Assembly (NCBI GenBank): GCA_964513465.1
Contig: CAZEMR010000005.1
Location: 14,948 to 78,947, forward strand
DNA length: 64,000 bases
Direction of reading: 5' to 3'
Source: an uncultured Hyphomicrobiales bacterium
GTDB lineage: Bacteria > Bacteroidota > Ignavibacteria > Kapaibacteriales > UBA2268
Shown here: positions 8,264 to 17,015 of the stretch, one piece after another
Position numbering within the stretch: the stretch's first letter is position 1
How the letters are laid out: each line of letters opens with the position of its first letter
Translations under genes and position numbers: made by a program
Notes under the pieces: generated by a model
Told to the model about the DNA's origin: nothing
Seen by the model: only the letters and a program-made list of their open reading frames with translations
The model's database searches: none

Positions 8264-8725
8264 TCAGACGCTTACCAATATGTAGTCATCTTCCGTCGTT
8301 ACGGTGTATTTCGTAAGTGGCTTATCGGCCGGGCCCGCAAGCACGGAGCCAACTTTGCTGAATTTCGAACCACCAAAGCTGACGCATTCGAAACGGTTTT
8401 TGTCGTGCTGATACTCCAGCTCGCGGCCGCCGTGGGTGCATTTGTCCTCAAATGCCAGGTAGCTGTCGGCGTCGTCGCGTGCGATGATCATTTTGTGGCC
8501 TTTGCCGTCGGCCTCGAAGGAGAGCTTGACCGCGCCGCCGGCTTTTTCTAGCGGTTTGTTTTTGGCGAGTTCCAGCCGCAGCTTGCCGCCCTCGTAAGTG
8601 TAGCTGCCCGCTTCGGCGGTGGGGGTGGACGAAGTACCTGTGATAGCCGAACACGAACCCAGCGTACCGCATGCGCATACCGCCGCCGCCGCGCCGCCGA
8701 TTTTAATGAAATCTCTGCGTCTCAT
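8264..8725 (-). CDS. Tat-exported Rieske-like domain protein with a degenerate second cluster-binding box
   Basis: Tat signal MRRRDFIKIGGAAAAVCA. Box I CTHGG, then 15 residues, then CVSFGGSKF where canonical Rieske proteins read CPCHGSxF. The second His is replaced by Phe. Confidence 0.55.
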   Translation of the reverse strand: MRRRDFIKIGGAAAAVCACGTLGSCSAITGTSSTPTAEAGSYTYEGGKLRLELAKNKPLEKAGGAVKLSFEADGKGHKMIIARDDADSYLAFEDKCTHGGRELEYQHDKNRFECVSFGGSKFSKVGSVLAGPADKPLTKYTVTTEDDYILVSV

Positions 8726-8860
8726 AAATTCCTTTCCCTATTTATAATATCAGAATTTTTTGGAAAATAAGGGAGAAATATTAATTTTCAATAAATTTAA
8801 ATATAAATACCGTCCGAAGACGGTATTCTGTAAATGAAATGTTGCTAACGGGTTGCAGGA

Positions 8861-9415
8861 TTATTTGCCCTTATTGGGCTGATCCATCTGCTGGAGCTGC
8901 TGCAATTCTTTGATTTGCATTATTTCCGAGAGCTTCGAAATCTTGTCGAGCGACATCGCGCCGCTGATATTGACCAGAGTGGCTTCGTTTTCCTCGCCGA
9001 CCAGCACGAGTAACTCCTTGATTTCCTTTTGTGTTTGTTTGGCAAGTATCCTCACATTCGAGCCTTCGTCGTTGACCAGCACGAGGCTTTTGTATTCGCT
9101 CATCGGAACTTTCGAAAGGAAATCCTTATAAACTTCGCGGGCAAGACTTTTCTCGCGCTTCAGCTCTTTGTCGAATTTATAAGTCAATACGAGCATTGCG
9201 TTGATTCCGCTGAGCATTTCGTTGACTGCGCCATTTGTGCTGTCGCTCTTCATCATTTCGCCCATAGTTTCGAACATTTCCTTATTGATCAGTACGGTTG
9301 TGAAGCCCTTTTTGCCGGTGTATTTGTCGAACAGGCTGATATAGGGCGAGTCCTGTGCCAGTGCGGTTGCGGCAGTCATGACAACTGCCAGTGCGATTAC
9401 GATTATCTTTTTCAT
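8861..9415 (-). CDS. DUF4252-like secreted protein (the third gene of an ECF-sigma module, Bacteroidetes style)
   Basis: Signal peptide MKKIIVIALAVVMTAATALAQ. Pattern ...FDKY..KKGFTTVLINKEMFE...LVLT...DKISKLSEIM is typical of DUF4252. Position is immediately downstream of the anti-sigma gene. Confidence 0.5.
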   Translation of the reverse strand: MKKIIVIALAVVMTAATALAQDSPYISLFDKYTGKKGFTTVLINKEMFETMGEMMKSDSTNGAVNEMLSGINAMLVLTYKFDKELKREKSLAREVYKDFLSKVPMSEYKSLVLVNDEGSNVRILAKQTQKEIKELLVLVGEENEATLVNISGAMSLDKISKLSEIMQIKELQQLQQMDQPNKGK

Positions 9416-9921
9416 AGCGCTACCTTTGAAATATTAAAAAACTTGGTTTGATATTCATATATAATGGATAATTCTTTTGCGGGTTCAATGCTTTCGTTCA
9501 GTTTGCCGGATACATAGCCCAAAGTCTCAACTGCTTGTTTATACGCAATTTCGGGGTCTTTTGTTGCATACTTTTCGGCAATTACTTCCCCGGATTCATT
9601 ATTTTCGGAATTCTGATTTAAAAAGAAAACACCGAGCATAATAAATGCGCAGGCTGCGGCTGCCGCGGCGAACCACTGGATATTATACAGTTTGCTTAGC
9701 GGACGACGACTGATGCGCGAGATCGTGCGTTCGTCGAAGTCCTCGGATTCGATTCGTCCATCGCGTTGGGTGGTCATATACCGGAACAATTCCGAATACG
9801 GCTCAAGTTCGGGATCGATATGCTGAGAATCGAAATATTCGCGGAGCAATGCTTCTTCTGCGAGCGAGGTGTCGCCCTCGAAATATCTTTCGATTAATGG
9901 TTTAATGCTTGTAGTATTCAT
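9412..9921 (-). CDS. Putative anti-sigma factor (single-pass membrane protein)
   Basis: Overlaps the ECF sigma gene upstream and the DUF4252 gene downstream. Short cytoplasmic N-domain, one TM helix (WFAAAAAACAFIMLGVFFL), periplasmic tail. Confidence 0.55.
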   Translation of the reverse strand: MNTTSIKPLIERYFEGDTSLAEEALLREYFDSQHIDPELEPYSELFRYMTTQRDGRIESEDFDERTISRISRRPLSKLYNIQWFAAAAAACAFIMLGVFFLNQNSENNESGEVIAEKYATKDPEIAYKQAVETLGYVSGKLNESIEPAKELSIIYEYQTKFFNISKVAL

Positions 9922-10420
9922 ATTTATATGCCTTAAGTATTCTTTCTCTGATTAATTTCCGGGCGCGCGAAAGATTGGTACGAACCGCCTCGGACGTCAT
10001 GCCCATTATCTCTGCAATCCTTTGATTGGTAAGGCCTTCGATGTCGCGCAGATGAATGATTATCTTCTGCTTTTCGGGGAGCTTTTCAATTAATGTATTG
10101 ATTCGGTTCATTGTTTCGCTGCTCTCCATTTTTTCATCGGGTCTGATTGTATATATATTCGCATCATAATTCTCCCGAATTAATTCCCTGCGATTCCGGT
10201 CGGTCCGGATATAATCCAGACACAGATTCTTAGTACACCTGAACGCAAATGCCTCGAGCGATTCGATCTCCCGTTCATCCGGCGACTTCTGCCATAGCCG
10301 GACAAGAGTCTCCTGCACAGCGTCCTCGGCGTCGTCGGGACGGCCGAGCAGCCTCAGCGCCAGCCTGTATAATTTATCCCGGAGCGGGACTACCTTATTT
10401 ACAAATTCTTTCTCATTCAT
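9902..10420 (-). CDS. RNA polymerase sigma-70 ECF-subfamily sigma factor
   Basis: Region 2 (DAEDAVQETLVRLW) and region 4 (GLTNQRIAEIMGMTSEAVRTNLSRAR) motifs. Confidence 0.85.
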   Translation of the reverse strand: MNEKEFVNKVVPLRDKLYRLALRLLGRPDDAEDAVQETLVRLWQKSPDEREIESLEAFAFRCTKNLCLDYIRTDRNRRELIRENYDANIYTIRPDEKMESSETMNRINTLIEKLPEKQKIIIHLRDIEGLTNQRIAEIMGMTSEAVRTNLSRARKLIRERILKAYKYEYYKH

Positions 10421-10430
10421 CTTACTTATA

Positions 10431-10457
10431 AGACGAGTGGAATTTGCAAACGTTACA
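10431..10457 (-). promoter_or_regulatory. Candidate ECF-type promoter (AAC-N16-CGTC) upstream of the ECF sigma gene
   Basis: Minus-strand reads tGTAACgtttgcaaattccactCGTCTtataagtaagATG. GTAAC and CGTC are 16 nt apart, about 11 nt before the start codon. Confidence 0.35.
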
Positions 10458-10473
10458 TTCTGTGGATTTTTGG

Positions 10474-11571
10474 TTAAAATGCGAACATAAGCGAAAGGTT
10501 GTGTGATATTCCGCTTATCGAAACATATTCGTTCGATACGGAATAATCCAGATGCATGCGGAATGGGAGGTTTTCGATTTCGGGGCGAATTGAAGCGCCT
10601 GCGCCCCAGTAAGTCATCGGGAATAATTGAGATTCGCCCATTTTCGAGCCATATAAGGATATGCCGCCGCGAAAGACGATCATTTCGTGGGCAGCGGCTT
10701 CTACTCCGAGCACGAAGGTGGGGGCGGGCTCATGCTGGGTCAGAACTGCGTCGATGCCAACCAGCACATATCGTGTGGCGGGCACGTAGACCTGCTCGAT
10801 CTCGCCGGTGGCAGTCGAGCGTGTCGTGTAAACTTCGTCATTCAGGCCGTATTCCATCGCAACGCCGGCCCGGACGGTGTAGGGGATCATCTCGGTGCTT
10901 TCGGCGGGGTTGTTCCACATCATCATGCCGCTCAGGTTCTGTACGGCGACTCCGACGGAGAACATGTCCAATACGTTGAATTTAGTGCCGACGTCGATTG
11001 CGAATCCGTCGCCGTAATACTGCGAACCTATCAGGTTATTAGTCAGATATTTAAGGCCTACGCCGATAGAGGCGAATTCCTGACGGTAGGCGGCCACTGC
11101 CGAGATAGCGTATTGCCAGTTGGAATATTCGCCATAGGAATGTCCCATAGCGTCGCGGGCTTCGAACGAACCGGAATTGAAGCTGTTTATGCCGAATCCC
11201 AGGCCGATGCGGTCGTAGACCTCCTGACCCCAGGCGATTGTCGACTGGGTGCGGCCGAGCGAAAGGATCGAGACTCCGGTGCTGACCATAGGCTCAGGCC
11301 CGAAGAATCCCACCCCGGCGGGATTGTAAAATATTGCAGTGGGTTCATTGACGATTGCAGAATAAGCGCCGGCCATCGAAATAGCGCGTGCGCCCACATT
11401 GCGGAAGAGGTATGCCTCGGCGTATCCGCCGTCGGAAGTCTGCGCGAAAGCAGGGGAGGCCATCAGCAACGCTATAAAAAATGCTGCGATGCGCTTTGAG
11501 TATCGACAAATTGCTACCCGTTCGGCTGTAAGATTATAGCCAAAAGCATTTCGCTGGCGAATATTGGACAT
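10474..11571 (-). CDS. PorV/PorQ-family outer-membrane beta-barrel protein (T9SS-associated)
   Basis: Signal peptide. N-terminal motif LFRNVGARAISMAGAYSAIVNEPTAIFYNPAGVGFF resembles the PorV signature (DARSxGMG...WNPAGLA). Beta-barrel character. C-terminal aromatic residue (MFAF). Confidence 0.5.
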   Translation of the reverse strand: MSNIRQRNAFGYNLTAERVAICRYSKRIAAFFIALLMASPAFAQTSDGGYAEAYLFRNVGARAISMAGAYSAIVNEPTAIFYNPAGVGFFGPEPMVSTGVSILSLGRTQSTIAWGQEVYDRIGLGFGINSFNSGSFEARDAMGHSYGEYSNWQYAISAVAAYRQEFASIGVGLKYLTNNLIGSQYYGDGFAIDVGTKFNVLDMFSVGVAVQNLSGMMMWNNPAESTEMIPYTVRAGVAMEYGLNDEVYTTRSTATGEIEQVYVPATRYVLVGIDAVLTQHEPAPTFVLGVEAAAHEMIVFRGGISLYGSKMGESQLFPMTYWGAGASIRPEIENLPFRMHLDYSVSNEYVSISGISHNLSLMFAF

Positions 11572-11573
11572 TT

Positions 11574-12101
11574 TTACCTCGATACAATGAATTTCTCAGT
11601 ATCCCGGAAATTCGGTCCGTTGAGTATACATATATATACTCCGTTCGGAAGGTTGTAGGAATCGAACCTGTATTCGGCTCCTTCTGGCATAGCCGCGCCC
11701 CGGTGTATATCCTTGACTTTTTTGCCAAGCAGGTTGTATACGCTCAGTTCGATAGTTACATCATAGCTCGCAAGTTCGACTTTAACATAATAAATATCGT
11801 TCTGATGCCTTACCTGCGAAATATGATTGCCTGCAGTCGTTGTGTCCGAGTTCACTGCGTCGGCGTTTACCTTCGAATTTCCTTTACCGGAATTATCAGC
11901 AAATACTATGCCAGGGGGAGTAGGCGGGAGGTACATTGCGCGCTCAAGCAGGTTGCGGGCGTAACTGTTCAGCGGTATAGTCGGCTTGCTCTGGGCGATT
12001 GCCCCGGAGATAGCCGCCACCGCGAATAATATATATATAATCAGCCTGCTGATAGCTTCTGCCATTTTGTGTTTATAAACTATACTATAAATATAAGTCA
12101 A
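11574..12101 (-). CDS. Small secreted protein with T9SS C-terminal sorting domain
   Basis: Signal peptide. C-terminal IELSVYNLLGKKVKDIHRGAAMPEGAEYRFDSYNLPNGVYICILNGPNFRDTEKFIVSR matches the type A CTD. The true start may be the internal Met (MAEAISRL…). Confidence 0.65.
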   Translation of the reverse strand: MTYIYSIVYKHKMAEAISRLIIYILFAVAAISGAIAQSKPTIPLNSYARNLLERAMYLPPTPPGIVFADNSGKGNSKVNADAVNSDTTTAGNHISQVRHQNDIYYVKVELASYDVTIELSVYNLLGKKVKDIHRGAAMPEGAEYRFDSYNLPNGVYICILNGPNFRDTEKFIVSR

Positions 12102-12163
12102 ATTTACAAAATTTTACTTATAGAAAATTAACTATTCAGAAGATTTTTTATTGTCGATGATTA

Positions 12164-13729
12164 TTATTTTTTAGAAAACTTTGATTTCAATTTTTCGATT
12201 AATTCTTTGTCATCTTTAAGATTTTCCATTGCTTTACGCGTTTCCAGACTGCCCTTTTCTATCCCGAGTTTGCGGGCAATGTCGCTCAGCTTTCCTACAT
12301 CCGTCGGCAGCTCCTCACGGTCGAGGCTGCTAAGGTTCTGCTTCTTCAGTTTCTGCTGTTCATTGCGCAGATGCATAGCCAGCTCGATTTTTGGCGAATA
12401 CCCCAAAGATTTCTCCGATTCTTCATCACTATCTTCCGATTCCTCGATATCTTCCGGTTCTTCGTCGGATGTGTCGATTTTGCTGCGAATCTGCGAAAGC
12501 ATATCCTCCAGCTCTTTTTGCTCGAGCTTTTTGAGCTCTTCGGGCGATGGCCGCGAGAGCTTCGGCTCTTCCTCTTCGGGTTCGGGCTGCGGCTCGGGCC
12601 TCCCCCCATGAATACGTTCGGATTTCTTATATGTTTCGCTGGCGCGCTTTGCCCCAGTGCTGGCGTTTGCTTTTGCGCTTTCCAGGCTTTTGCGGAATTT
12701 TTCGCTGCGAGCGGGCTTTTTGGCGATTTTGTTCATCTCGTTTTTGCGCCAGCGGAAATAAAGCAACAACACTATTGCGGCCAGCGCAACTCCCGCCATA
12801 ATTATATAAGTCATCACAGTGAAATACCAGGGCTTTGCCGTAGATTCGATAGGCAATAGCGCCGAATCAGCGCGCGCGGTGTCCGCCGCCGGAGAATCGG
12901 CCGCAAGGTCGAAGCTCATGGAATCGCCGGTGAGCGCATGTATCGAATCGCCCGAAAATGGATCGTTCAGCCGGGCAACATGCGAGTATGCCTCGCTGCG
13001 GAGAGTGTCGTCGTCGGCAATCGGCGATATTTTTATTTTTGGGAATGATTTGATGCCGGTCATTTCTGCGAATTTCTGAGAATATTTATTCGCATTCTCA
13101 GTATCATTTTTAATTGAATAAATCTGGGATAATCCGGCGTATGCGTCCGGAATCTGCGTACCGTTGTTTACTGCGAATGTCAGATTATCCAACGCGTCGT
13201 CCAGCTCGCCCTCGCGGATGAGCAGTATTCCGAGCATTGCCGCAGCGTCTGCCGAGCCCTCCTTGACTGCGCGAACGAGCTGCTTTTTGGCTACCTGTCG
13301 GATGCCGTCCTCGATAGCGAGCAATCCGACCCGGTAGCTGTCCTCGGCTGCCGAAAGCGCATCCCATTTAAATACATCGATCATAAGAGAGCGGGAGTAG
13401 GGCAGCGGCACTGCGGTATAGCCCCGCTTGTCCTTCATTACTATATTGATCTCGAGGTCATCCTCTTTGGTCTGGACGTATACATCCTCGATGATTCCAC
13501 CGCCGCGGGTGATACGGGCCGAATCAACCACCCCGGCGTTATTGATTTTTACATTGACTTTCTTTTTATCTTCGGATAAATATGACTGGAATCCCGAGGG
13601 GATATCGCTGAAATAGATCATAGCCCTGTTCAGCGGGTCGATCTTGGTCCGCACCACCCTGAGCTGGCCGAACGACCTGAGCGGTAGTACGAGAATCGCT
13701 GCAATCAGAATGATGATCTTAATTTTCAT
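12164..13729 (-). CDS. Bitopic membrane protein: periplasmic AMIN-like plus TPR-like region, one TM helix, cytoplasmic K/E/S/D-rich acidic tail
   Basis: Signal peptide. N-terminal roughly 120 aa AMIN-like (…MIYFSD…KVNVKINNAGV…DDLEINIVMKD…). TM helix WYFTVMTYIIMAGVALAAIVLLLYF. C-terminal low-complexity acidic region. Confidence 0.6.
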   Translation of the reverse strand: MKIKIIILIAAILVLPLRSFGQLRVVRTKIDPLNRAMIYFSDIPSGFQSYLSEDKKKVNVKINNAGVVDSARITRGGGIIEDVYVQTKEDDLEINIVMKDKRGYTAVPLPYSRSLMIDVFKWDALSAAEDSYRVGLLAIEDGIRQVAKKQLVRAVKEGSADAAAMLGILLIREGELDDALDNLTFAVNNGTQIPDAYAGLSQIYSIKNDTENANKYSQKFAEMTGIKSFPKIKISPIADDDTLRSEAYSHVARLNDPFSGDSIHALTGDSMSFDLAADSPAADTARADSALLPIESTAKPWYFTVMTYIIMAGVALAAIVLLLYFRWRKNEMNKIAKKPARSEKFRKSLESAKANASTGAKRASETYKKSERIHGGRPEPQPEPEEEEPKLSRPSPEELKKLEQKELEDMLSQIRSKIDTSDEEPEDIEESEDSDEESEKSLGYSPKIELAMHLRNEQQKLKKQNLSSLDREELPTDVGKLSDIARKLGIEKGSLETRKAMENLKDDKELIEKLKSKFSKK

Positions 13730-13833
13730 TGAATAGAATTTCCCCGGGACTAACCGAATATGTAAATGAAGAATATTTACAATTATATAAAAAATATTTA
13801 ATAAAGCAGCAAAAAATATAAGATATTATTGGG

Positions 13834-15192
13834 CTATTTCGATTTTTGGGGAAATGTGATACGATAGGTGGCGCCTTTGCCCGGATGGGAGTGAACAGAA
13901 ATCTCGCCGCGATGCTGGCCGATAATACTGTTCGATAGAAACAATCCGCGTCCGGTGGGCTCATCGCCCGGCCTTAGCGAGAAGTTCGGGTCGAATATCC
14001 GCGCAAGCATATCCTCGTCGAGCCCGATGCCGGTATCGCGTATGCTGATGACGATTTTTTTGCGTTCTCCTGCGAAAACGCCGATATATATAGTGCCGCC
14101 GTCGGGCATGGTGTCGCGCGCATTAAGCAATATATTCAAAAATGCCTGCTCGAGCTGCGGCTTGAATCCGAATACAATCGGTTTTTCGATTGCATAATCG
14201 CGCTCGAATCGAATGCCGTCGCGTTGCATTTGGGCTTCGGAAAACAGCAGAACCTCGTCGATAATCTGGCAAATATTTATATCCGAGGGCTTTTGCTGAG
14301 GCGATGTGCCCGCCAGCTCTGATAGCTTGCGGTTGATCTGTCTCATGCGGTCGAGCTCTTTGCGGATAAGCTCGAATCTGCGTGCGGGATCGCCTACGCC
14401 TGTTTCGATGAATGTCAGATTGCCGTCGATAATATCGAGCGGAGACTTCAGCTCCGAGGCGATCGACGCTGCCAGCTCGCCAATAGAGAAGTAGCGCGAT
14501 GATTGCAGCATCTGCTTATTAAGAGTGCTCAGGCGTTGATTCATACGGGTGATTTCGCGCGCCGAGCGGATATTGTCCACCGCGGCTGCGGCGTGACCGG
14601 ATATTTCGAGCAGATCATAAAGCTCTTCGCCGGGGATTTCATCAGGCGTTCGGGTTGTCAGTGCGGCGAACAGCCCGATTTCGCGGCCACGAAGAAATAC
14701 CGGTATCAGAATAATGTGTTGTGGGATAGTCGCATCGGCAGAAGCAAGATCGGGCACCACACTTGTCTCGCCTTGTTCTATAGCCCAGTCGAGTATGCCT
14801 TCCTCTTCCATATGCAGTATGCTTTTATCCATACGGCTGGCGGCATCTCCGGGGGCCACAGGCGCAATCCTGCGGTCGGCGCTGAAAAAATACAGATTGC
14901 TCTCGGCAATATTCAGATCGCGGGAGATATTCTCGTGCATTCGCGCAATGACTTGCTCTTCCGAAGCGGCTGCATAGAATTGCCGCGCATCGAATGATAT
15001 ATGATGCGGCTGGGGCTTGTCTTCCGGATGGGGGGGGGTGCCGCCGGATATGCTGCGTAAATGCTCAACCTCGCGTTGCAACAGGTCGAGCGCCGACTCC
15101 AGCGAGCGGATGTATTCATCGCGGTCGTGCACGAACTCGTCCATTTTGGCGAGGCCGGAGTGTGTGTTTTTATTGTTGCTGGATTCGGACAT
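13834..15192 (-). CDS. Cytoplasmic sensor histidine kinase with GAF-like sensory domain
   Basis: HATPase_c motifs (IRDTGIGLDEDMLARIFDPNF…GRGLFLSNSIIGQHRGEISVHSHPGKGATYRITFP). HisKA segment (SIASELKSPL). No TM segment. No cognate response regulator adjacent. Confidence 0.8.
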   Translation of the reverse strand: MSESSNNKNTHSGLAKMDEFVHDRDEYIRSLESALDLLQREVEHLRSISGGTPPHPEDKPQPHHISFDARQFYAAASEEQVIARMHENISRDLNIAESNLYFFSADRRIAPVAPGDAASRMDKSILHMEEEGILDWAIEQGETSVVPDLASADATIPQHIILIPVFLRGREIGLFAALTTRTPDEIPGEELYDLLEISGHAAAAVDNIRSAREITRMNQRLSTLNKQMLQSSRYFSIGELAASIASELKSPLDIIDGNLTFIETGVGDPARRFELIRKELDRMRQINRKLSELAGTSPQQKPSDINICQIIDEVLLFSEAQMQRDGIRFERDYAIEKPIVFGFKPQLEQAFLNILLNARDTMPDGGTIYIGVFAGERKKIVISIRDTGIGLDEDMLARIFDPNFSLRPGDEPTGRGLFLSNSIIGQHRGEISVHSHPGKGATYRITFPQKSK

Positions 15193-15200
15193 AAATTAAA

Positions 15201-16136
15201 TCAGAATAATGGTTTTTCGGGTAATTCGCTGAGCACACCGGCCTTTTGATATTCTTCGTCGATTTCGAATTTCAGAGCCTCGATAGCGCTGTCGGCTTCG
15301 TAAATATTACTGTCGGAGATCGACTCAAGAGTCTCGTTCGCCAGATAAAGCGGCGAAAACGTTTGTTCCTGAGTCCAGTTCATATATCCCATCTCGCGTG
15401 CGAACCATTCTGTCATTGCTACTATCACTGCAAGCGTCTGCTCGGCCGATTCGGGCATCAGCACCGGCCCTTCGGCGGCCTCGATTTCGTTCAACTCGCG
15501 GTAGGGGGTATGATGGAAACGTATCGCATTGCCCAGGTGTGCCGGGAGGTTCCACTTTTCCGACAGCCATGCGCCGATTTCGGCATGAGTGCCGCCGAGT
15601 ATTTCGGTTTCCGCCTGACAAAGAGAAAGGGATTGCGAATTTTGTAATTCTCTGATTTTTTTAAATTTATTCGAAAAATATTCTATCATAATAAGATAGC
15701 CGATGTCGTGCATCAGTCCCGCAACAAAAGCTTCCCCGGCCAGCCGGTAGCCCATCTTGCGTGCCAGCAGCCTGGCCGCCGCGCCGCAAAATACGGAATA
15801 CTTCCAGAAATCGCGCACATCGAACGTACCACGGCCGATATTTGCAAAAAATCTTTGAATAATCAGGCTCATCACGATTTCCTTGATCGCATTTGTGCCC
15901 ATTACGACCACCGCAAGGTCGATGGTCGATATCCTCCTCGAAAACCCGTAGAATGGAGAATTCGCCACCCTCAGAACTCGGGCGGTAAGAGTCTGGTCCT
16001 GTTCTATAAGACGCGCTATCTGCCCTGCGCTGGTATCGGGATTATCCAGAATATCCAGCACGCGGGAAATTACATGCGGAATTGCCGGAAGCTCGCTGAG
16101 CGACTCCAGCTTGCGGGTGACCGGACGCTCAAGCAT
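15201..16136 (-). CDS. HDOD domain protein
   Basis: LPAIPHVISRVLDIL…TLTARVLRVANSPFYG…MHDIGYLIM. The 5' end overlaps the fliA stop by 8 nt. Confidence 0.8.
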   Translation of the reverse strand: MLERPVTRKLESLSELPAIPHVISRVLDILDNPDTSAGQIARLIEQDQTLTARVLRVANSPFYGFSRRISTIDLAVVVMGTNAIKEIVMSLIIQRFFANIGRGTFDVRDFWKYSVFCGAAARLLARKMGYRLAGEAFVAGLMHDIGYLIMIEYFSNKFKKIRELQNSQSLSLCQAETEILGGTHAEIGAWLSEKWNLPAHLGNAIRFHHTPYRELNEIEAAEGPVLMPESAEQTLAVIVAMTEWFAREMGYMNWTQEQTFSPLYLANETLESISDSNIYEADSAIEALKFEIDEEYQKAGVLSELPEKPLF

Positions 16137-16908
16137 TATCGAACTCGTACAATTTCTTGCGCATATCCGATACGACCTGGGTATGGATCTGGCATATCCG
16201 GCTTTCTGATACGTTAAGCACCTTGCCGATGTCTTTAAATGTCAGATTCTCGTAATAATATAGCATCATCACCAGGCGTTTGCGTTCGTTTAGGTTTTTG
16301 AGCATATCTGTCAGAAAATTAATCCGCTCTTCGTTTTCGATTTTCGTCAGGAAGTCTTCCTGGTTCATATCGGCTATTTCCTCGAGTGGATCCGTATCTT
16401 CGTCGCCGCCTCGACTTAGCGAGGTTGGCTCCGATAGCGATAGCGAAGCTTTTGCGGCAGCGGCCGCATGAAGGTACGACTGATATTTCTCCGGAGATAC
16501 GTCAAGCTTGCGGCGGATTTCCTCGGCGGAGACCTCGCGGCCGACCTGACTGCGTAGCTCGTCGGATACCGTCAGGTATTCGTGGGCTTTCTTGCGGGCA
16601 GTTCGCGAGAGCCAGTCGAGCTTGCGCAATTCGTCCTGAATTATTCCCCTGATCCGCGGAATGGCATATGATTCGAATTTTACCCCACGCTCGGGTTCGA
16701 ATCTCTCTATTGACTCATGAAGCCCGAGTATGCCGATATTCAGGAAATCTTCGTCGGTAAGTATCGAATTGCTCGGAAGCGTCATCTGATGGAGGACGTA
16801 CTTCACCAGCCAGATGTAATTAAGCAGCAGGGAGTGCTTATACTCCAGCTCGCGTCTTTCTGTATATTCTAACCAAATTTGCTGTATTTTAGGGTCTACC
16901 GGGGTCAT
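16129..16908 (-). CDS. fliA: Flagellar sigma factor FliA (sigma-28, group 3 sigma-70)
   Basis: Region 2.4-3 (YAIPRIRGIIQDELRKLDW) and region 4 (LTFKDIGKVLNVSESRICQIHTQ). Genomic context with flhF/flhG. The likely start is the internal Met MTPVDP at 16908, preceded by GGAAG. The ORF track starts at 16995. Confidence 0.8.
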   Translation of the reverse strand: MTPVDPKIQQIWLEYTERRELEYKHSLLLNYIWLVKYVLHQMTLPSNSILTDEDFLNIGILGLHESIERFEPERGVKFESYAIPRIRGIIQDELRKLDWLSRTARKKAHEYLTVSDELRSQVGREVSAEEIRRKLDVSPEKYQSYLHAAAAAKASLSLSEPTSLSRGGDEDTDPLEEIADMNQEDFLTKIENEERINFLTDMLKNLNERKRLVMMLYYYENLTFKDIGKVLNVSESRICQIHTQVVSDMRKKLYEFDNA

Positions 16909-17015
16909 ATTCTTCCAGTTTTCAAATAAATATAATTCACAGACTAAAATAGTGTTTTGCCGATATTTAATCAAGCTGTACCGAATAAAAATCATTCTGG
17001 CTATATTGTTTCGTT

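Noticed and set aside
8322-8329. Second perfect GCCGATAA (sigma-28 -10 box) on the minus strand
   Set aside because: Lies inside the Rieske-like coding sequence with no TAAA-like -35 at the right spacing. Consistent with a chance occurrence.
12207-12859. Several plus-strand ORFs of 60-160 aa inside 12164-13729, and similarly 17095-17801
   Set aside because: Low-complexity antisense frames of the acidic or charged tails of the real minus-strand genes.
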